Positions 53,433 through 64,000 of a DNA stretch of 64,000 bases are shown one piece after another. Numbering within the stretch: position 1 is the stretch's first letter; each line of letters starts with the position of its first letter. Below the pieces are notes generated by a model. That model was not told where the DNA came from and made no database searches. It saw only the letters and a list, made by a program, of their open reading frames with translations. Location of the stretch: NCBI GenBank assembly GCA_965200155.1, contig CBDATR010000010.1, positions 1 through 64,000 of the forward strand, given 5' to 3'. Source of the stretch: Nitrosopumilaceae archaeon (GTDB taxonomy: Archaea > Thermoproteota > Nitrososphaeria > Nitrososphaerales > Nitrosopumilaceae). Position numbers and translations under genes: made by a program.

Positions 53433-53772
53433 GGCGTCCGGCGTTATGGTGACCGAACTGCTACCCGGGTTTCCATCCCTGTCCTCATGTGGTGTGTAGC
53501 GTGATCTGTCCACCGCCCGTATCCTGAAGATTTAGCAGTATGATGCCGCCCCGGGCCTCGCCGTCCTGAGTGGGGGACGGAAAGAGTGTAGTAACCCTCA
53601 TTACCTCACCGGTGGATTTATCCGCATCCGGGGAGCCATAAACTGCATCTATGTCGTATCCGGGGGCGTCCACAACAAGTTCCAGATCAAAGACCAGCGG
53701 GCTTACCATATAGTCGAACTCATTTACCATTCTCTCCCTGAACTCTGCGGCCGAGTGTACCGCGTAATAGTT

Positions 53773-53864
53773 GTATGAGTTCACCTGTGTCTAAATTTAC
53801 GCATAACTGATCGCGACAGTTAATGTGATTTGTGCATAAGATTCCAGAAGACGTGAACTCATAC
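53773..53864 (-). mobile_element. 92-bp MITE family 1
   Basis: TSD TAATAGTT; splits the vWA gene at GGNY|Y. Confidence 0.95.
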
Positions 53865-55591
53865 TAATAGTTACCACCACGAATGTTTCCTATTCCCTCT
53901 ATGAGTGCGGTGTTAAAGTCCACGCCTATCCCGATAAAGCTGGTGTAGTTACCCGCGTCGGCAGCACCCTGCAGTATGTTCTCTAGCGCCTGGTCATCGG
54001 TGATGCCGATGTTGAGCATGGCGTCAGTGAGCAGTATTATGCGATTCTCATAATTAGGGGATGATTCCACATCGCCCAGCATGGATAGCCCTGTCAGTAA
54101 TCCGGTCCCTATGTTGGTGCCACCTCCTGCAAATATGCCCAGGATGGTCTCCTTCAACATTGCCGTATCTTCCGGAACGCTACCCAGCGGTCTTAGCACA
54201 TTTGCCACTTCGTGGAATGTGACTATTCCGAGACTGTCTCCCTCTTGGAGCCTGTCCAGCAGTCCCACTATGGACTCGTTGGCCAGCCTCATCTTGGTTT
54301 TTGAATCATCATCGGTGGGGGTGTAACCGGGAGAATCATAAGAGTACGTATTGAATGGATTGTCCATGGAGCCGGAGACATCCAGTACTATAACCAGATT
54401 GAGGTTCTTGCGCGCAAAGTCTTCTTGTTCTATTCCGGATCTGAGACTCACGCTTAGATAGTGCTGGGCCTCTCCGGAGAAGGGATCAGGCGATAGTGCA
54501 TGACTGTATGATGTGCAGAATAACCCATCACATATGTCATTCCCGCCGATATCATAGTCATAGAATAGTCCCTCATATGCTATGTCTGTGGGTTGCGGTA
54601 GATAGTCGTTATACACGTTCTCCCAGAAATTGTTGATATCCTGCGCCCCGCCGGCCGCCAGTCCCAGCGATCTTGGTGCAAGAATATTTGGTATAGCTAT
54701 GTCGCTAAAAGAATCTTGTATTAAACATTCTTCCGGCATTCCACATGTAACGGGAGCGGAGTAATGGTTGGGCAAGTGCCGGGATATAACTCCGCTACTC
54801 ATTGCGTATATGTAATCTGTGTTGCCCATCCAGACTTGCCTCGGTACCAAGAGACTCTATGGTATCCCGGTATGAGGCACCGGATAAATAAGGAGGGGTA
54901 ATCAGTCCGTACTCCGTTATGGTACCATTTACCGTGACATACATAATTTGGCCTGTGGCATCCAAGGTAACGCCAGTTACGTCGTCCTCAGTATCAAGGT
55001 TACCGTAAAGTTCACCCCGCCTGTGTCATACTGGTATATGCGTCCCGTGTCGCCGCCTGCAACATATAACGACTCCTGGTGCAACCAGATATCCTCTACC
55101 GGGTGGTTCATCTCAACAGGTAGTGACCCATCATACTGCATGGCGTATATCTCCCCTGGTATGGGCATATGGTACTGGTGTATCATGTCATTTCCTGCCA
55201 CATATAACCGGGCACCCCTCGTGATTCGTGTATATGCCGCCGGTGTCCCGGTTCTCCGGAATATTGTACGTGCCGTGGTACGTAGAATCCGAGAGACGCC
55301 ATGGTATATTCAAGACATACTGGTGTATGGCGCCATTGTCGGCTAAATATAACCTGGTACCGTCATGACTCAGCGCGATTCCGTCAGCGCCATGGTATGG
55401 AGTAGATAACCACTCCCCCGTCGCCCAATGCCGGGATGGCTCCTATACCGGCGGTCACCGCCACTACTGCTATAATGATCCGCCTCATGAGAATGGTGTT
55501 TCTGATATTTATCATTCATGTGTTATTCTGCCGGAGCCGCCATCATTTACAATCTACAAAGTATTTAATCAGTACATTCTTTCCAGATCCC

Positions 55592-56785
55592 GTGAAGGTC
55601 TTGACCTTGGACGATTTTGATCTAACGTCCAAGACCATATACTTACGGGTGGACATGAACTGCCCCATTGATCCCGTAACCGGGGAGATAACCGGCACAA
55701 AGCGCATAGAGGAAATTGTCGAGACCCTTTCTGATATGGGAGACTCCAAGGTCGTACTCGCGTCACACCAAGGGAGGGTAGGCAATAGCGATTACACCGG
55801 CATGGAAAAGCATGCCCCGGTTCTGGAAAAAGTACTGGGTCGACCTGTAAAATACGTTCAGGATGTAATGGGGATAGCCGCCCAGCAGGCTATACAGTCC
55901 ATGAAGGATGGCGACATACTACTCCTGGACAACCTGAGATTGTGCGCCGAGGAGAATTACGAATTCGCCCCGCCGGATGCGGCCAAGACAGTAATGGTGA
56001 AGAGGCTGGCACACCTCTTTGATATATGCGTCCTGGACTCTTTTCCCAGCGCCCATCGTTCCCATCCTTCCATAGTGGGATTTCCACAGGTCATGCCTGC
56101 ATGCGTCGGTCGGCTGGCCGAGAGGGAAGTGTACAATCTGGACCAGATAATTACCGTTGCAAAGTCGCCCCACGTAATAGTACTGGGCGGTGCCAAGGTC
56201 CCGGACCGACTGGAAGCAATAAAGATGCTCATAGATAACGGGCGCGCGGATCATATCTTACTCACCGGAATAATAGGAAACGTCTTCATGAGGGCCCAGG
56301 GGCGTATAAAGTACCCCCTGGGAATAAAGCATGAGCGCGAGGTGGTGCAGGCCGCCCACGGACTGATAGGCCAGTACCCTGATGTCTTCTCGACACCGGT
56401 GGATGTGGCAACCTCTTCTCATGGTGAGAGATTGGATTTGGACGTGCGAAAGCTGGTGGAGGGAGACAACATATGTGATATCGGGCCCAAGACCGTCGAA
56501 TACTACTCCAAGATAATATCCAGCGCGGGCACGGCATTTATCAGTGGACCGGCAGGAAACTTTGAAAAGCCCAGCTTTAATGTGGGCACCAAAATGTTAC
56601 TGACCGCCGTAGCCAATTCCATGGCTACTACAATAGTGTCCGGCGGACACCTGACCTCTGCATTAAAACAGTACGGTCTTGACAAGCACATAAACCACAT
56701 CAGTACCGCCGGCGGGGCTCTTGTACGATACTTGTCCGGTGCCCGTCTCCCAATGATTCAGGTACTTGAGGCATCAGGATCCTAG
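55592..56785 (+). CDS. pgk: phosphoglycerate kinase
   Basis: RVDMNCP, SHQGR, LGGAK and HISTAGGA motifs; GTG start. Confidence 0.96.
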   Translation: MKVLTLDDFDLTSKTIYLRVDMNCPIDPVTGEITGTKRIEEIVETLSDMGDSKVVLASHQGRVGNSDYTGMEKHAPVLEKVLGRPVKYVQDVMGIAAQQAIQSMKDGDILLLDNLRLCAEENYEFAPPDAAKTVMVKRLAHLFDICVLDSFPSAHRSHPSIVGFPQVMPACVGRLAEREVYNLDQIITVAKSPHVIVLGGAKVPDRLEAIKMLIDNGRADHILLTGIIGNVFMRAQGRIKYPLGIKHEREVVQAAHGLIGQYPDVFSTPVDVATSSHGERLDLDVRKLVEGDNICDIGPKTVEYYSKIISSAGTAFISGPAGNFEKPSFNVGTKMLLTAVANSMATTIVSGGHLTSALKQYGLDKHINHISTAGGALVRYLSGARLPMIQVLEASGS

Positions 56786-57093
56786 AGCGGACCCTCGCAT
56801 ACAGGACACTGTCGACTCTCGTGTTTCCCCACATGCGTGATGCCGCACTTTGCGCATGATAACTCCTCCATGACATCGAATAGTTTCATCCATATGGTGG
56901 TGAAATTCTGCGCTATATTCCTGCACAGTCCAGACTCGCAGATTTTCATTATTACATCCTCAATGTCGTGAATATCCAGCGGCGTATCCCGGTTACTATT
57001 CAATGCCTCCAGTACCTGATCATTATTGAATGGCACGTCCGGGTTGTTATGCTTCTCATAAATTACCCGGCGTATCGCCGTCTCGTGCCCCAT
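56782..57093 (-). CDS. hypothetical zinc-ribbon protein
   Basis: CAKC...CPVC. Confidence 0.75.
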   Translation of the reverse strand: MGHETAIRRVIYEKHNNPDVPFNNDQVLEALNSNRDTPLDIHDIEDVIMKICESGLCRNIAQNFTTIWMKLFDVMEELSCAKCGITHVGKHESRQCPVCEGPL

Positions 57094-57528
57094 TTAATAC
57101 AGCTCCGATGCCTCCTCCTTTAGTGAGGCAGCATCTTCTTCCAGGTTCTCTGTCAAATACTTGTACAAGGCAAATTTGAGTGTCTTGAGGGGAAGCAGGG
57201 CACACTTTATGCGGACCGCCTGCAGGTTCTCTAGTCCCAGCTCTCCCAGTATGTCGTGCTTGGATATATTCCGGGCATCATCAAGACTCTTGCCCTTTGT
57301 AATCTCCGTCAGTACGGACGCGCATGCCATGCATATGGCGCATCCGTGGCCGTTGAATTTTATGTCATGGACGGCCGAGTCCTGCATCTTCATGTCAATG
57401 TCTATGCTGTCCCCGCACAAGGGGTTGGCGTCATGGTGTGTCACGTCCGCGTCCGGAATGGTCCCAAAGTTAACCGGATTCCTAGAATAGTCTATGATCA
57501 TCTCGTGGTAAATGTCCCGGCTATTCAA
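57094..57528 (-). CDS. sufU: Fe-S scaffold / sulfur acceptor (SufU/IscU family)
   Basis: NPLCGD, GCAI and RIKCA motifs; TTG start. Confidence 0.9.
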   Translation of the reverse strand: MNSRDIYHEMIIDYSRNPVNFGTIPDADVTHHDANPLCGDSIDIDMKMQDSAVHDIKFNGHGCAICMACASVLTEITKGKSLDDARNISKHDILGELGLENLQAVRIKCALLPLKTLKFALYKYLTENLEEDAASLKEEASELY

Positions 57529-58759
57529 GCTTGAACACCTTCGCCACCTTCTGCAGGGCGCCTATAAGGGCATCCACGTCACTGGTATCATTGTACAGGT
57601 AAAAACTGGCCCTGGACGTAGCGGCCACATTCAGCCTCTCCATTAGAACCTGGGCGCAGTGGTGCCCGGATCGGAGGGCAATACCCTCCTCGTCCATTAT
57701 CTGTGCCACATCATGTGGGTGTACATCGGCAAAATTAAAGGATATTACCCCGCCCCGCCGGTCCATGTCCTTTGTCCCGTATATGGTCAGTCCGGCAATA
57801 CCCTCCATTTTTTCCAGCGCGTATTTGGTAATCTCAACCTCATGCTTCCTTACCTTGTCCATGCCTACTTCATTTAAGTAGTCTATAGCAGCTCCCAGGC
57901 CTATAACATCCGCGATATTGGGCGTGCCTGCCTCAAACTTGTAGGGCAAATCATTCCAAGTGGACTCGTATCGGTGTACCTCCCGAATCATGTCACCGCC
58001 GCCATGGAACGGTTCCATCCTTTCCAGGACTTCCCGACGAACCCACAGCGCCCCTACTCCTGTAGGCCCCATCATCTTGTGGCCGCTGAATGCGAAAAAG
58101 TCGCAACCCAATTCCTGTATGTCCACTGTCATGTGCGGCACCGCCTGCGCCCCGTCCACCAGTGTGGGAATGCCCAACTTCTTGCACCTCTCTATTATGG
58201 ACTGGGCGTCCGTTATGGTTCCCAACACATTGGACATTAGGCTAAAGGTTACAAGTTTCACCCTGCCAGATTCTAGTATGCGGTCCAGATCCTCTAGTAT
58301 GAGGTGACCCTCGTCATCCATGGGTATGTACTTTAGCGCTGCTCCCCTCTCCTGCGCCAGGAGCTGCCAGGGCACTATATTGGAGTGGTGCTCATAGTCT
58401 GTAGTGACTATTACATCGCCGGACTTGATATTGCCGCGGCCCCATGAATGGGCCACCAGGTTTATTGCCTCGGTAGTCCCCCTGACAAATATTATCTCGC
58501 GACGGTTCGGTATGTTCAGGAACTTGGCTATCTTGTCCCGAACCCCCTCGTAGTATTCTGTGGCCTCCTGAGCCAGGGCATATACGGCACGGTGTATGTT
58601 GGCGTTATGGTTTTGATAGTAACTTACTATTGAGTCTATGACCTGTTGTGGCTTTTGCGTGGTGGATGCGTTATCCAGGTATACTAGTGGTTTGCCATTC
58701 ACTTTTTTCTCTAGTATGGGAAAATCATCCCGCCTATGTCGCATTATATCCTCACCCAC
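57521..58759 (-). CDS. sufS: cysteine desulfurase
   Basis: YLDNASTTQKP, SGHKM and RSGHHCA motifs. Confidence 0.97.
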   Translation of the reverse strand: MGEDIMRHRRDDFPILEKKVNGKPLVYLDNASTTQKPQQVIDSIVSYYQNHNANIHRAVYALAQEATEYYEGVRDKIAKFLNIPNRREIIFVRGTTEAINLVAHSWGRGNIKSGDVIVTTDYEHHSNIVPWQLLAQERGAALKYIPMDDEGHLILEDLDRILESGRVKLVTFSLMSNVLGTITDAQSIIERCKKLGIPTLVDGAQAVPHMTVDIQELGCDFFAFSGHKMMGPTGVGALWVRREVLERMEPFHGGGDMIREVHRYESTWNDLPYKFEAGTPNIADVIGLGAAIDYLNEVGMDKVRKHEVEITKYALEKMEGIAGLTIYGTKDMDRRGGVISFNFADVHPHDVAQIMDEEGIALRSGHHCAQVLMERLNVAATSRASFYLYNDTSDVDALIGALQKVAKVFKLE

Positions 58760-59052
58760 ACCCTGCCGTCCTGTATCTTGACCTTATACGTGGTTAGTGG
58801 TTCCTGGGCCGGGGGGTTCTGTGGACTGCCCGTATTCATGTCAAATACGGACAGGTGCAGTGGACAGCGTACGCCCTCAGATGACACAAAGCCCATACTT
58901 AGATCCGCATCCTCATGCGTGCATGTACGGTCTGTGGCATATATGGAATCGCCCGTCCTTAGTAGCATTATCTTTTTGTCCCGTATGTCGTATGGCGCCG
59001 GTGAATCTACCATGACAACGGACTCTTGACATAAACTGACCCACTCGGTCAT
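58744..59052 (-). CDS. Rieske-type ferredoxin
   Basis: CTH...CPLH. Confidence 0.92.
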   Translation of the reverse strand: MTEWVSLCQESVVMVDSPAPYDIRDKKIMLLRTGDSIYATDRTCTHEDADLSMGFVSSEGVRCPLHLSVFDMNTGSPQNPPAQEPLTTYKVKIQDGRVWVRI

Positions 59053-59053
59053 A

Positions 59054-60442
59054 TTATCTCCTGTACTTGTAGTGCTGCTCTATCTCGGCGTTCTCGTTAT
59101 ACCTGGTCTCTTCTACCTCTACAAACTTTTTGAGCTCCTCGTCAGTATTTATGGTCAGGGGCTTGCCATCCCACTTGGACTCCACCAAGTATGCTATCCA
59201 GGCGCGTATCTGAGTTGACATGCGACGTGAGAGGGGCTCCAGGAATCCCTCCACTATGGTCCGCTCCGCGGCGGCCCTGCTCATGCATCTTGCCATCAAA
59301 TAGAATAGTTGCTCCTCGTCCATTTGCGCGACTGATGCCGAGTGGGTTGCCTTTACGTCGTTGGTAAGTATTTCTAGGCCGGGTATGGCATCGGATTTTG
59401 CATTCCTGCTCAGTAATATGGAGCGGCCAGACAGGTAGGAGTTGGACTTGGCGGCATTCTCATTGATGCGTATCATTCCCTTGAAGAGCGATCGGGACTT
59501 GTCCCGCAGTATGGACTTTTCTGTTATGCGCCCCTGAGTGAAGCCGCTGTTGTGAACTATATCTGACTGTATGTCAAAGGATTGGGATCCGCTACCAAAG
59601 GCTACCTCAGAGTCGTTGGCCGTTGCTCCATTGCCATTCAGGTGATATGCTATTCTATATCTGGAGAGCTGGGCTCCGAACAGGCCCAGATACCAGTTCA
59701 CCTGCGAGTCCGCGGCCATCTCGGTGCGGCGCGTGGAAAAGTTATACGAGTCCTCGCCCATCATCTGTAAGGTAGTCACATCCAGTCTGGAATTCCTCCC
59801 CACTATGGTGTTGAGCATCTCCAAATATGCCTGGGAGGCGCCAGGCGAGTATATCTCCTGCACTATGGTGGCGCGCGCCTCGTCTTCCACCCGTATTACA
59901 TTGCGGGATACTGCCGATGCCCGGCCCGGCTCTATTGTTGAGAGAATGTGAATGGGCTCCTCGATATGGGTATCCCTGGGTATGTGCACAAATATGCCCG
60001 TACTAAAGGCTGCATTATTTAGTGCAGTAAAACGATCCTCTTCTGATGAGGACGCTTCCAGTGCCTGCCGTACCGGCTCGGGACTCTCCAGCAGAGCATC
60101 ATGTATAGACATGACTCTTGCGCCCTCCCCCTGTGCCTTGGCCGAGAGGTTGATCTTGCAGATGTTACTGCCTGCCTGTACGATATATGACTGATTCTCC
60201 AGCTCCGCCATCCTGTTGGCAAGGTGCTTGGGTATTGCCGTGTCCTCTGTGTCAAGTAGAATGTTTTCCGGGTTCATTCGGGCCGCATCCGTATACTTGC
60301 CATACAGGGGGGATGTCTCCAGGGGCAGTCGCTCATAAGCAGAGAGGGATTCCTTCCTGTACTCACGAAGCCAGTCTGGTTCCTGGGCTTTTTCGGAGAT
60401 TCCGCGTATGTATGATGTATCCAGTGTCGAAAGAAGGGTCAT
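59054..60442 (-). CDS. sufD: Fe-S assembly protein SufD
   Basis: PGLEI..NDVKATHSA and LFYLMAR motifs. Confidence 0.92.
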   Translation of the reverse strand: MTLLSTLDTSYIRGISEKAQEPDWLREYRKESLSAYERLPLETSPLYGKYTDAARMNPENILLDTEDTAIPKHLANRMAELENQSYIVQAGSNICKINLSAKAQGEGARVMSIHDALLESPEPVRQALEASSSEEDRFTALNNAAFSTGIFVHIPRDTHIEEPIHILSTIEPGRASAVSRNVIRVEDEARATIVQEIYSPGASQAYLEMLNTIVGRNSRLDVTTLQMMGEDSYNFSTRRTEMAADSQVNWYLGLFGAQLSRYRIAYHLNGNGATANDSEVAFGSGSQSFDIQSDIVHNSGFTQGRITEKSILRDKSRSLFKGMIRINENAAKSNSYLSGRSILLSRNAKSDAIPGLEILTNDVKATHSASVAQMDEEQLFYLMARCMSRAAAERTIVEGFLEPLSRRMSTQIRAWIAYLVESKWDGKPLTINTDEELKKFVEVEETRYNENAEIEQHYKYRR

Positions 60443-60448
60443 TTGGCC

Positions 60449-61849
60449 CTAGCCTACCGAGTCGTCCATCTCGAGTCTTATGAGCCGGTTGAGCTCTACC
60501 GCATATTCCATGGGGAGTTCCTTGGTGAATGGTTCCATGAAGCCATTAACTATAAGCGAGAGTGCATCCTCCTCGCTAAAGCCCCTGCTCATGAGATAGA
60601 ATATCTGCTCATCGCCTATCTTGCCTACGGTGGCCTCGTGAGTTATGGTGGCATCATCCTCGTTTATCTCCATGTATGGGTATGTGTCTGTCTTGGAGGT
60701 ATCATCCAGTAATAGTGCATCGCACCGAACAGTAGACTTGACTCCCGTGGCTCCCTTGGCAACATTCAGGAGACCGCGATAAGTGGAACGGCCATCCAGT
60801 CGGCTTACGGACTTTGAGGTTATCTTTGATGTAGTATTGGGTGCCAAATGTACCATCTTGGCGCCTGTGTCTTGGTGTTGGCCCTTTCCTGCAAAGGCAA
60901 TGGAGAGGGTCTCCCCATAGGCGCGCTGGCCTAGCATGTATACGCCGGGATACTTCATGGTCACCTTGCTACCAATGTTGCCGTCTATCCACTCTACAGT
61001 GGCACCGTCATACGCATATGCTCTCTTTGTAACAAGATTGTACACATCATTGCTCCAGTTCTGTATAGTGGTGTATCGCAGCTTGGCACCCTTGAGGGCT
61101 ACCAGCTCCACTACCGCTGAGTGAAGTGATTCTGAGGAGTATACCGGAGCCGTACAACCCTCTATGTAATGGACTTCTGCATCCTCGTCCACTATTATCA
61201 GCGTCCTCTCAAACTGGCCTATGTTTTCAGCATTTATCCTAAAGTATGCCTGCAGCGGCATGTCTACCTTGACTCCCGGGGGCACATAGATGAAGGAACC
61301 GCCACTCCATACTGCACTATTCAGGGCCGCAAACTTGTTGTCTTCCGGTGGAATTATCTTGCCAAAGTATTTTTTGAATATTTCTGGTTTCTCCTTCAGC
61401 GCCGTGTCGGTATCCAGGAATACCACGCCCTTCTTGGCCAAGTCCTCCCGTAAATTATGATAGACCACTTCAGACTCATACTGGGCCCCAACGCCCGCCA
61501 AGAACTTTTTCTCTGCCTCTGGTATTCCCAGCTTGTCAAAGGTATTCTTTACGTCCTCGGGAACCTCGTCCCAGCTCTTCTCTGTCTTTTCTGCAGCCTT
61601 GGCGTAATAGTATATGTTCTGAAAGTCTATGGTTGAGAGATCCGCACCCCAGTTGGGCATGGACTTTTTCATAAACGTCTCATAGGAACGCAACCTAAAG
61701 TCCTGCATCCATTGTGGCTCCCCCTTCATGCGACTAATATCCAGTACGGTATCCCGGGATAATCCCTTCTTGCTTAGGTGCACGTACATTTCAGTCGAGT
61801 CCTTAAAGTCGTACTTGGAATAATCCATATCCAGACTTTCTGTAGCCAT
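60449..61849 (-). CDS. sufB: Fe-S assembly protein SufB
   Basis: [16 protein letters not shown] and HEATVGKI motifs. Confidence 0.97.
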   Translation of the reverse strand: MATESLDMDYSKYDFKDSTEMYVHLSKKGLSRDTVLDISRMKGEPQWMQDFRLRSYETFMKKSMPNWGADLSTIDFQNIYYYAKAAEKTEKSWDEVPEDVKNTFDKLGIPEAEKKFLAGVGAQYESEVVYHNLREDLAKKGVVFLDTDTALKEKPEIFKKYFGKIIPPEDNKFAALNSAVWSGGSFIYVPPGVKVDMPLQAYFRINAENIGQFERTLIIVDEDAEVHYIEGCTAPVYSSESLHSAVVELVALKGAKLRYTTIQNWSNDVYNLVTKRAYAYDGATVEWIDGNIGSKVTMKYPGVYMLGQRAYGETLSIAFAGKGQHQDTGAKMVHLAPNTTSKITSKSVSRLDGRSTYRGLLNVAKGATGVKSTVRCDALLLDDTSKTDTYPYMEINEDDATITHEATVGKIGDEQIFYLMSRGFSEEDALSLIVNGFMEPFTKELPMEYAVELNRLIRLEMDDSVG

Positions 61850-61959
61850 ACTATTGTGTACACACTTCCTCCATAAATACAATGGGAAAAATAGGCACAG
61901 CTAAAAGCGACTAGTATAGTACGCGCCTCATGATTAATCGACTAGTTTTACAGGCTAGA

Positions 61960-63050
61960 GTTTGTTGTGTAACTGACTTTGACAGAATACAGGTTCCCTA
62001 CGTCGTAATCTACGTTGCTGCCGCGTCCACCCACTCGTTGTAGTCGTATGTTATCCCATTTCCGCGCCATTAATCCGTGCCCGAATAATCGTTTGAACGG
62101 GAACCGGCTCTATGATTATCCATCGCCTGTTGTACCCTTTTGTCGCCTTCCAGTACTGCTTGTTTTTGGCCTTTTCCTCATCAGAGAGGCGGAAAATGGG
62201 CGATTCCGGACTTCCTCCAAGTCCCCATGAGTCGCCTTTCCTTTGGTGGAATTTAGCTAAAGTGGAATGGTTGTCCGGATTCGATTATGACTGCACAATT
62301 TCATGTTATCCCTGGACGCGTATGCGTCATCTGCAAGTAATTCCAGATTAAATGCGCGCTTCTCATCAATATTAGGTAAGGGGGACACACCGTTAGTCAG
62401 CACCTTTCCGGGTGGTGGCTTATCTGTTGGTCCTGCCAGAGATGGCAACTGTTGCAATGTATGAGTTCACGTCTTCCGGAATCTTGTGCACACATCACAT
62501 TAACTAGAACAACCTGTTCCATCAGTTGTGCGTAAATTTAGACACAGGTGAACTCATACGTTGCAATGGGTCCGGAACTTTCCAATTCCAGGGTGTGCTC
62601 CCTTTCCTGTTGTGGCTCTTCTGCATATGAGCCCAGTACTGCATTGTTTAACATGCGTGTATCCCCAACCCACTCGCCGGTAACCATAAATGCATATGCT
62701 CTCCCAGTCCGCGAGCACTGATGAATCCGCGCCTCTTTTTCCATTTGCCCTAATCCACTCACCGCGATTCAAGGCTGGTCGAGTCCACAATCATTGGCCC
62801 TCGTCAGCTTTTTGTCTGTGCCGACGATCATGTCATTCCCCTTGTTAATGTCAAGATCTTTTCCGCGTCTGTAGTGGAGTAGTGCGGGGTTTGATGCCTT
62901 CCAGTAGTCCTGCGAGGAATCCGGATACCTGCCTGTATCTCATACCTAATGTCGTTCTCAGTGTCATGTAACATGCCCACGACATACTGGTAGGGGGCAC
63001 CCTCCTTGTTATGGTTAGCCTCTTCAATCCCATGCATGGTTAAAGCCAAA
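61960..63050 (-). pseudogene. highly degraded IS5-family transposase remnant
   Basis: NRGEWIR/KWKKRRGF and ADDAYASRDN fragments across frames; ends approximate. Confidence 0.55.
62459..62559 (+). mobile_element. MITE family 1 (101 bp, internal replacement)
   Basis: TSD GTTGCAAT. Confidence 0.95.
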
Positions 63051-63274
63051 TAGCATTCCGCTGGACGTACTTGGCATTGTCGGTGAATATCATCAAGTTT
63101 GTTTAAAAAATCTCAGCTATTAATGCTTGGATCCAATCTAGTAATCACTATGACAGAATAAATAAAAATACTCAAACCGTTTCTCACATACATTTTTAAT
63201 CTAACTTGTTTGGAGTTATGCAACAAACTAAGATATACAAAGGGTTTAATTCGGAACGTACAGATAGATTCCGG

Positions 63275-63368
63275 GCTCCAGTGGTGTAGACCGGTCAAGC
63301 ATTTCGCCCTTTCAAGGCGAAGATCTCGGGTTCAAAATCCACAGATGAAAATCCCGACTGGAGCACCA
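63275..63368 (+). tRNA. tRNA-Glu(TTC) with a roughly 15-nt intron in the T loop
   Basis: GCTCCAG/CTGGAGC-A-CCA acceptor, anticodon loop CTTTCAA, interrupted TTCAAATC. Confidence 0.88.
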
Positions 63369-63420
63369 AGCTTTAATTGTAGCATTCGGAGATCTAGTTG
63401 TTGTATTGGATAATAAAGAG

Positions 63421-64000
63421 ATGGGAGATAATCCACTTCTCAAAATGTATGCTTCCTATATCACCAAGATTAACGATGCCTTGGACGCGGAGATGAAGAC
63501 ACACTCGGATTCCGAGTTCTACAAGCCGTTAGTTTACTCCCTGGAAGATGGTAAGCGCATACGTCCACTCATCTTGGCACTATCTGCGGAATGTTTTGGA
63601 GAGGCAGACGGAAACGTTATGTCTGCCGCTTGCGCCGTGGAACTACTACATACCGAATCTATCATACACGATGATATTATAGACAACGAGATACAGCGTA
63701 GGCAGCGAGATCCATTCTATGTTAAGTTCGGATCCGATACCAGCGTACTTAGTGGCGATTATGTGCTTGGCATGATTCTTTCCATAGTGGCCCGTCTAGA
63801 CAATCCCCGTATAACCTCTGACTTGGCGCGAACTGCCATGCTTATGAGTGAGGGAGAAATGATTGAAGGCCGCTTGGTGGTGGGCGGTGATGCAACCTTT
63901 GATGACTATGTCAAGACTATACAATACAAGACTGCTACCGCCTTTGAGACTGCCGCACGGATAGGCGCGATAATGGGTGGCGGGACTCCGGATCAGGTTA
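63421..64000 (+). CDS. polyprenyl diphosphate synthase (partial, runs off window)
   Basis: GKRIRP, ELLH..S..HDDIID...RR and YKT motifs. Confidence 0.92.
   Translation, partial: MGDNPLLKMYASYITKINDALDAEMKTHSDSEFYKPLVYSLEDGKRIRPLILALSAECFGEADGNVMSAACAVELLHTESIIHDDIIDNEIQRRQRDPFYVKFGSDTSVLSGDYVLGMILSIVARLDNPRITSDLARTAMLMSEGEMIEGRLVVGGDATFDDYVKTIQYKTATAFETAARIGAIMGGGTPDQV

Larger units (their letters stand above)
52950..55488 (-). pseudogene. secreted vWA-domain protein pseudogene
   Basis: Signal peptide MRRIIIAVVAV at 55488; LDVSGSM, GGTN and LLTD motifs; frameshifts, a MITE and 72-bp insertions. Confidence 0.8.

Noticed and set aside
58006-58016. GGAACGGTTCC in sufS (and GGAACGGTTCT near 12944) as scars
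   Set aside because: They lie in intact, normal-looking coding sequence; probably chance matches

Overview
Genomic window of an ammonia-oxidising archaeon (Nitrosopumilaceae, Cenarchaeum-like, probably host-associated). Intact core genes include 3HP/4HB-cycle enzymes (ADP-forming acyl-CoA synthetase, three-subunit acetyl/propionyl-CoA carboxylase), valS, pdxST, aconitase, cofGH, pgk, a SUF cluster and three tRNAs, two with non-canonical introns. These are interleaved with eroded accessory DNA: two single-ORF IS66 elements, about 15 copies of a 92-bp IS66-derived MITE, two other MITE families, IS481 and IS5 remnants, a tnpB pseudogene, MNT-HEPN pseudogenes and surface-protein genes. Comparing repeated elements copy against copy reveals three recurring classes of tiny insertion that the known elements do not explain. 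(1) At four unrelated loci a 36-39 bp piece of local DNA is duplicated around a 29-36 bp foreign insert (period 72, 66, 71, 72, 72, 72 bp), the geometry of CRISPR spacer integration outside any array and with no cas gene in the window. (2) 19-23 nt hairpins ending CCAA are inserted with 4-bp target duplications. (3) 12-15 nt RGA...TTCY near-palindromes replace 4-7 nt of the original sequence. All calls were read by eye; no searches were run, and read-level validation is needed.
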